From positions 72,974,001 to 73,038,000 of the forward strand of contig OX597820.1 in NCBI GenBank assembly GCA_951406725.2: a DNA stretch of 64,000 bases. Direction: 5' to 3'. Below the pieces are notes generated by a model. That model was given only the letters and a program-made list of their open reading frames with translations, searched no databases and was not told the origin of the DNA. Source of the stretch: Octopus vulgaris (Eukaryota). Below, piece by piece: positions 53,683-64,000 of the stretch. The translations under genes and the position numbers were made by a program. The stretch's first letter is position 1. Every line of letters starts with the position of its first letter.

Positions 53683-54237
53683 TGATGATGATGATGAAGA
53701 TATTAATTTTACTGCTGGCACAAGTCCTAAAATGGTAGAGGAAGAGAAAGAGGAAGTTGATTACGTCGACCCCGTTGCTCCACTGGTACTTATTTTATCG
53801 ACCCCGAAAAGATGAAAGGCAAAGTTGACCTCACAAGAATTTGAACTTCTAAACATAATGAGTTGGAAGCAGTGCCACAAAGCAATTTGTCTGGCGCGCT
53901 GACGATTCTCTCAGCTCGCCGCCTTCCTCTCTTCAATAATACATAGAACACCAGACCCCATTCAATTGTCTTCAATGGCTTCAATTTAGGAAATTATTTC
54001 TGCTTAATGTCATCAGTTTAACCTATGTTGAGATAGTGATATCCTAATTTATTAGGTGGAAAGTGGGGGTGGAGGGCGAGGAGTGATGTTAAGGAGATTT
54101 TAATTAGATTTTTACGTCATGTCAGTGTAAAAATTTTCAACTTTTTTCTAATGGCATAATTTTTCATCATTCCTCTTTGTGATTCAGGGACACGCGTGTT
54201 CGTGTGTGTATTTTTGTGTTTGTGTATGTGTTTATGC

Positions 54238-54298
<61 letters not shown>

Positions 54299-55206
54299 CG
54301 ATAGATTGTTTTCACTGTCATGTGCGTGAATATAAATGTGTGAATATAAATACGTCCTTTCATAGTGTAAATATTGACGGTATAATCAGTCAATCTCTAT
54401 TGCCTATTCAAGAGCGTATGTGCGTGCGTGCGCATGTGCATATGTATGTGTATACGCGCACACGTGTATGTCTATGCATATGCATGCGTGTGTGTGTGTG
54501 TGTGAATTTGTGCTGGAGTGTGCGTGCGGGTATAGATATCCATGAGTAAGAACGCTCTCATCAATCTTGTTTATTTATAAGCAGAAACGGGTTGTGTTTA
54601 TGCATCTATAATAATAGTTTACTTTTTGAAAATAAACATGTGTGTATATACGCGTGTATATGCATGCACACAAGCGTATACTTGCCTGTGACAAACTGTG
54701 AGTGTATGTGTTTGTGTGACAGTGTGTCAATGTATGTACATATGTATATACACAGCACAGTGGCACTTTCAGTTAACTGTTTACATGTCTAAATATGTAT
54801 GTGTATATGTTTATCAAGACCAACATTGATATTTACAATCGCTAAACCTAGCTTCATATATTAACTTTCCAGACAAAATGTCTGCTGCTATCAAAATATT
54901 ACCGGGTGTTAACACGGTTTTTTTTATATCATGTATTTGTGAACAATAGCGTCTTGGTTATAGGTTACCAAAGGATCAATCATTATTTCACGACATTTCC
55001 GTTTTGTTTGTCATTTGCATGATGGAGCAGATACAATTAAATTAATTAATTCTGTAAAACGAATGCTTTAATAGTTGCTAGCCATAGCATAAAATTTTCT
55101 TATTTTGAAAATTTGCTTAAGCTTGTTTTGTAACCACGTGCCTCGGAGTTCAGTCCCATTATGCGGCACATTGGGCAAGAGTTTTCTACTATAGCTCCTT
55201 GCCAAC

Positions 55207-55374
55207 CACTAGCGTAGCTGGGGGAGGTGACTGTAGGTGCGGTCCGCCCCGAGTGGCACTTTTAAAGGGGTACCACTTTTGGGTCTGCTGTAAACAATAT
55301 GTGTTTCTTGTGGTGTCCAGGGGCGGCAAACGGAAGGAGCGCTCTGGGCGGCACACACTCTAGCTACGCAAGTG
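55207..55374. mobile_element. hAT-like MITE nested in a SINE B
   Basis: TIRs CACTAGCGTAGCT / AGCTACGCAAGTG; degenerate 8-bp TSD TTGCCAAC / GTGCCGAC corresponding to the single GGGCCGAC of SINE B. Confidence 0.8.
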
Positions 55375-55441
55375 GTGCCGACTAATACATTATAAAGTGA
55401 ATTGGGTAGACGGAAACTGTGTGGAAACCCGTCATAGATGA

Positions 55442-55477
<36 letters not shown>

Positions 55478-55879
55478 CTTTGTGTTTGCCTTTGTGCTTG
55501 CATTGGTATCACAAACAGCTTGAGGACCTGTGTCGGAAAAATGCTTTGAAAATAGAGAAAAAGGTGAAGTGGACCTCAGCACAATTTGAACTTTGAAAGT
55601 AGAAAACCGGAATAAACACCTTCAGGCTTTCTGTCCGACGTTCTATTGCACAGTCACAAACGTCTGTCTCCACCTGTAACAGGATAAAACTTTTCAGGGA
55701 AAATTTAAAACAGTCTCTTTTAGTAACATTCTTTTACATTCACTGCTATTTTGATTTCGTTATCTTCCAACGACTGTAACTTTGAAGTGTGAGACTGGAA
55801 TTTAAAACAAGTGTTGCTTTCCTCGACTCTTTACAGTTGCAGAGACATGCTGTCATCTACGGCTAATTGGTTATCTTTA

Positions 55880-56085
55880 TTTTTTTACTTGTTTCATGCA
55901 TCGGACTACGGTCATGCTAGGGCACCACCTTGAAGGGCTTAGTCGTTCAAATCGACTCCAGTAGTTGCTTTTTAATCTGGTACTTATTCTATCGCACCCT
56001 TTTGCCGAACCGCAAATGTTCTGGGGACGTAAAAAATTTAACATCGGTTATCAAACAGGGTGGAGACAAACACAGACAGAAAAAC

Positions 56086-56154
<69 letters not shown>

Positions 56155-56780
56155 ATACATATATGTAAGGTGTGTGCATTTTCCTTCTTTAATTTCTGAT
56201 ATATATATATATAATATATATATATATACACTCTTTTATTTGCTTCAGTCATTTGACTGCAGCCATTCTGGGGCACCACCTTTAGTCGAGCAAATCGACC
56301 CGAGGACTTATTCTTTGTAAGCCTAGTACTTATTCTATCGAATTATTTTGCCGAACCGCTAAATTACTGGGACGTAAACACGCCAACATTGGTTGTCACG
56401 CGATAGTGGGGGGACAAACATACATACACACACACACATACATAAGACGGGCTTCTATTAGTTTCCATCTACCAAATCCACTCAAAGCTTTGGTCGCCCC
56501 GAGGCTATAGTAGAAGATACTCACCCAAGGAGCCACGCATGAAGACTGAACCCGGAATATGTGGTTGGTAAGCAAGCTACTTACCACACAGCCACTCATA
56601 TGCATATGAGTGTGTGTGTGTGTTTGACGGGCTTCCTCAATTTCCGTCCACTAAATTTACTCATGAAGCATTGGTCAGCCTGGGTTATAGTAGAAGACAC
56701 TCGCCCAAGGTACTGGGTATTGAGACTGAACCCAAAACCATTTGGTTTCAAAGCAAGCTTCTTACCCTTACAGCCATGTT
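55880..56780 (-). mobile_element. nested or tandem SINE B copies
   Basis: B tail 55880-56090, full copy 56230-56600, head part 56625-56780. Confidence 0.85.
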
Positions 56781-58371
56781 TTTTTTTTCAATATCTGAAA
56801 CTTTCACTTAACCCTACATCCCATAAGGCTCTGTTATTAGTTTACTCTCCTGGCTTCAGCCTACGACGGAGCCTCCATGCGGTCATCTTACCCTCTTAGA
56901 AATAACACTATCGCACTGCTCCGTCAATAGGAAAAAAATTTTTTTAAGTGGAGAGGATACACTAGATAATGTAGTCCTTAATACACTCCTAAAAAGAGTG
57001 AGTTTGCTGTTCGAGCAAAGCTGAAACAGTCCAAACAACAGCAACATCATAGAATGACAGCATCACTCTCAGGCTCTCGAGAATATACCATAATACGACA
57101 ACGTTTCACACGTCTTTTCAGTATATTACTCCATTATCAAAACAGTACGGACGGTAAACTCTGCAGAAGATTTGGCTGCTAATTAGAACATTTTGAGCCA
57201 TCGTATAGAAAACAGAAGTTTCTTTGACACCTTGTGTTATCCTTAGTTATCTCGAGACGAGATCTGTCATTATTTCTTGTTCATAGGACTTTAAAAGCTA
57301 TAAAAACATTAAAAGACAAGAAGAGTTGCTTAGACTATTATTTAGTAACTTTTGATGCCAGCCTAACTGAGAGCTCGTAACAAGTTCTTTAAAAGAAAAA
57401 TTATTGCTTTGAACTGCTAACATCTAAATTAAAATTCCCAGTCATAATTATATTTCACATTTTATTAAGTTATGTTCTAATCACCAACTTTATAATGGAA
57501 AAGATACTTACTTTACGTTTTTGTATTTGGTTTGCAAAGTTCTTGATGTAAACTTGTGTGCTGAGACAGAGTTTGTTGTATTTCGGGACGGTAATTATGC
57601 CAATAATAAACACCCGCACTAGTTCTATTTCACTTCTTTGCTTTTTATTAGTCAATTTAAACAATTAACTAACCGGTTGTTTTGATTAATAATTCGATCA
57701 ATCAATCAGACCTGGAGTAGAGAGGTCATGTAATTGATGAGGTCCCGAATAGTGACGAAAGGGCTTTTAACATATTCGTTGACTGAAAAATGAATCAAAC
57801 AGTCGACAAGTTAATTGGATATATGATTAACCGATGAACTAATTAACAATGGTTTCAATTTTTGGTACAAGGCCATCTGTTTTTGAAGGAAGAGGGAAAT
57901 CGATTGCATCGACCACCATACGTGCCTGGTGTTTATTTTATCGACTCCGAAATGATGAAAGGCAAAGTTGACTTCAGCAGAATTTGAACTCAGAACGTAA
58001 AGACGAACGAAATGTGCCAAGCATTTTATTTCCTCGTGCAAAAGATTCTGTCAGCTCGCTGCCTTAATGGTCTAATTAATAATAAAGAAATGAAGTAGAT
58101 CCAGTACGTGTGTTTTATTTTTGGGACTATGACCCCCCACAAGAAAATAGTTATTTTACTAAATCTGTCCACATTCTTAGTTATTAGAAAAAAAATTAAA
58201 ACACAGATTTTAAAACACAAAATATTTATTTGGCCCTGAACAGGTTAATCAAACCTTTACCTTTAAAGATCATAATATATACACGCACTCATACAAACAT
58301 ACACACACATTCAGCTATATATATATATATATATATTAATATATTATATATATATATATATTAATATATTA

Positions 58372-58768
58372 TTATGTCAGGTCGCTCTAGAGTGCTACTG
58401 GTAACATGTAATCCAGTACAACCTGTTGCATGGTCGGGACGTCGGCGACTAAACTGACAACCCCACCAGGTTCGCTTGGTGAGGTGGGTGCTGTTGGACT
58501 CCCTGTGGGATGGAAAAATAAGACCCAACAAAGGGCGGATGAACTCCTGAAGAGTCAACGGCCATCCAACAAAATATCGGCCTGCCCGCCCAGCCAGTGG
58601 GATGGCGTCATCTTATGGCTAAAACAGCACGAAGAACGAAGAGAAAAGGAAAAGGGCCTCAGTACCCTGAGAAGGGCGCGATCCAGAGGGGAGTGGACAG
58701 CATGCTGTGACCAGCGGTGTCAAATGGACGCCTGACAGACTGGTCAGTCAAAGTGATCAAAGTGATAT
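58372..58768 (+). mobile_element. short GC-rich non-autonomous retroelement with RTE-like 3' end, inserted in (TA)-rich DNA
   Basis: Shares GGCGTCAT..GGCTAAAACA and TGTGACCAGCG..CTGA.AG.CTGGTC..GTGATC with SINE C tails; ends in duplicated TCAAAGTGA. Confidence 0.55.
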
Positions 58769-60321
58769 TAGTATATTATATTAATATATTATATGTAGAG
58801 ATGTATTTCACGTCTTTCCAGTCCACTTGGCCGGCAAAAATGAGTAATTCTACAACGGACATCCGTCAATACCTTTGACTTCGCTGCCTTGCCCTCCACC
58901 ACTATCACCACTGTCTTTCGCATCACATACTATCACCGTCATCTCTGACCGCCTCGGCTACCACCACCATCACCTCCGCCTCTATCACGACTACAACTCA
59001 TAGTTTTACTATCAGCTCATTACCATCACAACCGTCAATCTACTACCGCCCTCACCGTCTCTATGCATACTATTACTCTCACCCCAATATGAGGAATAGT
59101 AGAAGTGTCATTGAATAGTGAGAGAGGGAGTCAAGTGTGACATACTGACACACAGAAATTCGTTTTGGCATTTGTTGTTATAGATAGATGGATAGATAGA
59201 TATATTGTATATACGCACACATAAATACACGAATGTGTGTGAGCATATTTTCTTCTATCAAATAATTTCTATGACAATCTCCTGTCACATTTTGTTCCAA
59301 AGGAAAAATTTCTATATTATTCCTAGAATTTATTCAAACTTTCATTACTTAGATAAAAATTAAATATGACATATATGCATTAAGTAAAATAAAACTCAGA
59401 ACAGGACCAGCAGTAGTCGTAGTAGTAGCAGTAGTGTTGGCGTTGTTAGGACGATTTTTAAAAATATATAAATTTCTTAAGGCAACGACCTGGTAGAATC
59501 GTTTCCACACCGGAAAAAATGCTTCGCGGTAATTCGTCCGTCTTAAGTTCAAATCCCACCGGGGTTGACTTTCATCCATTCGGAGTCGATAAAATAAGTA
59601 CAAGTCAGGTGCTAGGAGTCGATGTAATCGATCCCCACCTACCAAAATTGCTAGCCTTGTGCCAACATTTGACACCAATATATAAATGGCATCTACGGTG
59701 GGCGAGTTAGCAGTGTCGTCAGCACGTCGGGCAAAATGTTTTGCGGCATTTCGCCCGTCTTTACGTTCGAGTTCAAATTCCGCCAAGGTTGATTTCTTTT
59801 CTACTGTCTTAGTCATCAGCTCGATTAGGACAACTGTGAGGTTAACCAACTGCCAAAATAACCACCATATTATAATTGTTGGAGAAGTTAAACGACTAGA
59901 CTTTAGTCGTTTAAAGCTAGACAGTAGAGGAATAGGACATTAAATTATTGTCTCGTAGTTTTTGAACGGGCTTTGTCTTTGAACTCGTGAGAGTTCAAAA
60001 GTATAGCACACGCTACATTATGTTTTTGAGCGTGTTATAGGATTCTAAATTACCTCGATGCATCTAGCTGCAAGCTATAGTTACTGAGCTTTTTCTAAGA
60101 ATGTTTCACAGATGCAGGCTTCACTTGCAAGATGGTTAAAATGTTTGTTTTGCAACAACCTGGCTTCGAGCTCAGTCCCATTATTGGCACCTTGGGCAAC
60201 TGTTTTACACCGTAGTCTTGGGTCAACAAAAGCGTTGTGAATGAAAATTAGTGGACAAAAACTGCGTGAACCATCCCTGTGTTTTAGGTGGAAAACTTAG
60301 TCCGTTATTTTCTTTGATACC

Positions 60322-60736
60322 TATTTCTTTACTACCCACAAGGGGCTAAACACAGAGAGGACAAACAAGGACAGACAAACGGATTAAGTCGATTATATCG
60401 ATCCCAGTGCGTAACTAGTACTTAATTAATCGACCCCGGAAGGATGAAAGGCAAAATCGACCTCGGGGGAAATTGAACTCAGAACGTAGCGGCATACGAA
60501 ATACCTTTTTGTTTACTACCCACAAGCCGCTAAACACAGAGAGGACAAACAAGGACAGACAAACGGATTAAGTCGATTATATCGACCCCAGTGCGTAACT
60601 GGTACTTAATTTATCGACCCCGAAAGGATGAAAGGCAAAGTCGACCTCTGCGGAATTTGAACTCAGAACGTAACGGCAGACGAAATACGGCTACGCATTT
60701 CGCCCGGCGTGCTAGCGATTCTGCCAGTTCACCGCC
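60322..60736 (-). mobile_element. SINE A dimer bounded by one TSD
   Basis: TTTTCTTTGATACC on both sides; internal GGTA junction at ~60503. Confidence 0.92.
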
Positions 60737-62407
60737 TTTTCTTTGATACCTTGTAGATTTGGTGGTGTTCGCTTTTCCTGCAAACGTTCGATCCCGCCTC
60801 CGGTTTGAGAATAACTTCCTCATTTCCCTTTATGAGAAAAGAGGCCCTAAAAGAGTTTGTTGATGTGCGCTGGCTTTCTTCCTCTGACTAAATCATTAAA
60901 AACATAAATAAAGTAGCGTTCAGTCTAGTGGGAGATTTATCTATGATCAAATTAACGCTGCATGAAGCTAGAGATAAGCACTGGCTTTATGGATCTCTGC
61001 GATTTGTAAATGTCAAAATATTGATTATTAACAACAGGCAATTAACCCAATAAATAAATTAGCTTCAATAATTTACAATAAAAACGTTGGTAAAAAAAAT
61101 AATAATAAGTACGAAAGAAAAAACACACAAAACAAGGAGAAAAAAACTCTGTTGAAAATAGCGATGCTTCACTAGCATGGCCATTAAAACAATGATGCGA
61201 ACATGGTTAAAAGAACTTAAGTTATTCAGGGTAAAAATGGTAAAACTAGGAAACAATCCATCATTTTGTTTTCTTTTGTTGTTGTAACATACTTTCAGTA
61301 AGACAGGAAAGCACATCTGCTTCGCACAGTATTTTAGGTTAAAGGCAGAAAAGCTATTACAAAAATGTAATGTAATATAAATCCAGACCCATGTTGGGGA
61401 AGCCTGGTTATTTTCCTTGCTGTCTTTAAAAAGAACAAAACAAAACAGAGAAAGCCAAACTGGATAATGTAAACCTAGGTAAACAATGCCTCTCCACTAA
61501 AAAACAAAATAAGTGGTCACAGCATAAAGGTACTTAAGTGAATGTCGCAATGCACATCATTTTTTTTTTTATTTTGAGGGATGGATGAAATATGAAGCAG
61601 GTTTTAGTTCATTAGGTTTACGCTCAGAGTTCGAATCCTGTCGCTGTCTTTCATACATTTGCGTTTCATTTTTCTGGGTTGATAAGGTGTGGAGCTGGCA
61701 GAAACGTTAGCACGTCGGGCGAAATGTTTACTGTCTTTACTTCTGAGTTCAAATACTGTTAATCTTTTCGGGGTCGAGAGATTAAGTACCAGTTGCGTAA
61801 TCAACCGGCCCCTCCCCCAAATTTCGGTCCTTGTGCCTAGAGTAGAAAAAATTCTTTCTGGGTTGATAAAATAAGTACCAATCAAATATTGGGGTCGATG
61901 GTATCGTCTAACTCTTCCCCTCAAAATCGCTAGCGTTCTACCTAAGAAGGAAACATTTTTCATTGACTAAAAGGCAGTGAATTTAGAGAATCGTTAACGG
62001 GTCACACAACTCACTTTACGTTTCGAGTACAAATTCCGCCGGGGTTAATTTTGGTTTCATCCTCTCGGGGGTCAATAAAATGAAGTACCAGTCAAATACT
62101 TAGGTTAATGTAATCGCCTTGCTCCCACCTCCTAAAAATACTGGCTTCGTGCCAAAATTTGAAACTCATTGTTTTCTTTTGATATCGCTTCATGTAACAG
62201 TCCTTACTGGATGTCAACCTGATACCGAGGACAGCTATTGTCATGTAACGGTGGTGTTTCGCCACAGAATGTGGCTATATAAAAGGCATAGAATTAATTT
62301 AGACCTGCGATATAGAGATATAAATCAAAATAATAAGGCAAAAAGCTACAACTCTTTTATTAGGTATCAAAAAATATGGCGAGGCTTTTGTATATGCTAG
62401 GTTTACC

Positions 62408-62638
62408 TATTTCTTTACTACCCACAAGGGGCTAAACACAGAGAGGACAAACAAGGACAGACAAACGGATTAAGTCGATTATATCGACCCCAGTGCGTAA
62501 CTAGTACTTAATTTATCGACCCCGAAAGGATGAAAGGCAAAGTCGACCTTGGCGGAATTTGAACTCAGAACGTAACGACAGACGAAATACCACTAAGCAT
62601 TTCGCCCGGCGTGCTAACGTTTCTACCAGCTCGCCGCC
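62408..62638 (-). mobile_element. SINE A solo copy with TSD
   Basis: TGCTAGGTTTACC on both sides. Confidence 0.92.
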
Positions 62639-63287
62639 TTTGCTAGGTTTACCGAGGATGTTTTTCAAGAAACTCATCTACCCTTTTCTTTATGACACCA
62701 AATTCGTCAAAAATATATTAGGTTGTTTGTTTTCAATTGCCACATTCTGTTTAACCTCGATTTCTCTATCTTCGGGCTTCACACATTTTTCACATTCTTT
62801 ATCAGACAGAATCATGGTATAGTCATGTCAGTGAGTAGGCATGTTTTATTTTAAAATCTTGAACAACGATATCAGTCCAGTTGACGTTTATGGTGTAATC
62901 TGGGTGGATTGTAAAATTCCATAAAACTGTTACATCTCTTGCTTCGATTTCTGGTAAAGTATGGTGTTCATTCCAACTTCTATCATGTTCTGAACCATAA
63001 CGTTTGCAAAGTACTCAATAAATGATTTAGCCCACCCGATCGTACCCGGCTTTATATTCAGTTGGAACCAAGGAAGATCACTCTGAAGTTACATGTTCTA
63101 TTGTCTTGATTTGTTCGTCACAGACTCTGCATTTTGGGTCTGGTTCATTTTTGAGGACGTTTGCTTAGCATTTTCTTATAAATAAGTTCTGGGCTTAGGC
63201 AGCAAGGAAAAATTCTTCTGGTTTCGCTTTTAACCCTCAGTTGCATAACCACTGATGGGTTTCTGGTTGGCCAGCATCAACAGCCTG

Positions 63288-63729
63288 TACATTATTTACA
63301 TTGACGGATATGTTCTCATCAACATTTCGGCTGATTTACTCTCCAGCCTTTATCAGGTGTCCTGGTAGAATTTTGAACCCAACACTGGCTTCTCATTCCT
63401 AAGGTATTATTTTTTTTATTATATTTTTATTATTATTATTATTATTTATTCAAGGCACTGTCTGGAATTGAACTCGGAATCTTGGGGTTAGTAGCCCGCG
63501 CTCTTAACCATTATGCTATATGCCCGTGCCTTGAATAAATAATAATAACATCAGCAAACAAATACCTAAGGAATGAGAACCCAGAGTTGGGTTCAAAATT
63601 CTACCAGGACACCTGATGAAGGCTGGAGAATAAATCAGCCGAAACGTTGTGGTAACAACAAACAAGATGAGGTCACATATTCATCCAATGTAAATAATGA
63701 ACAGAAATCCTCATCTATGAAATATAGAA
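63288..63729. mobile_element. TSD-bounded fold-back element: tRNA-derived head between two inverted hammerhead-containing arms
   Basis: Arms 63285-63458 / 63526-63704; minus-strand head 63525-63459 with A box TAGCATAATGG and B box GTTCAATTCC; TSD CATCAACA(G/T)CCTG at 63275-87 and 63730-42. Confidence 0.85.
63608..63653 (+). ncRNA. minimal type I hammerhead motif
   Basis: CUGAUGA 63613-19, stem II GGCUG/CAGCC, GAAAC 63641-45, palindromic AACGUU, short stem I CAC/GUG. Confidence 0.75.
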
Positions 63730-64000
63730 CATCAACATCCTGAATGCAAAATGGGTTTTGGCCGTACAGAGAATTTTGCCACAGTCTATCTGTCAGTGTT
63801 TTAAAGCTCTCAGACTTCGCTTTATTTCTAAGAATTCTAGCTGTCTTGGTTGAAAGTAGGTCAACTTGATTTGAAATTTCTGATATTGGTTTTTAGTTCT
63901 TTTCAGTATCTCTCTGCTTCTTCTTGCTTTCGTAGTCTTTTGCTACTATTATCATCCAATTTGATTTTGTGTAGATAAGTTTGCAGGCCAATTATGGATG

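Larger units (their letters stand above)
62650..64000 (-). mobile_element. highly decayed RTE-like LINE remnant (host of the 63288-63729 insertion)
   Basis: Scattered minus-strand motifs CLSPEL, IE....FLGS and YGSE in RTE order, with many disruptions. Confidence 0.35.

Overview
AT-rich, repeat-saturated animal genomic DNA. The SINE and microsatellite repertoire strongly resembles Octopus/cephalopod sequence; this is an inference from pattern recognition, not a database hit. No complete protein-coding gene is visible, and almost all ORFs in the supplied track are microsatellite or SINE read-through artefacts. Supportable content: (i) dozens of copies of about four tRNA-headed SINE families, labelled A-D here; (ii) decayed LINEs: a Tx1/L1-type element with CCHC ORF1 and APE start, several CR1/L2-type 3' ends, RTE-like remnants; (iii) a decayed Penelope-like element (YRDD RT plus GIY-YIG); (iv) several short Penelope-type elements carrying hammerhead-ribozyme motifs, often as fold-back inverted repeats, including one intact-looking type I hammerhead (42498-42593) and a TSD-bounded element combining a tRNA/Pol III head with hammerheads (63288-63729); (v) hAT- and pogo-like MITEs; (vi) a few candidate exons and a Cys/His decapeptide repeat reading frame missing from the ORF track. 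Most interesting: the ribozyme-bearing fold-back elements, GGTA-directed self-targeting of SINE A, the SINE-LINE shared 3' stem-loop, and the CxKxxHxPxG repeat. Coordinates of decayed repeats are approximate.
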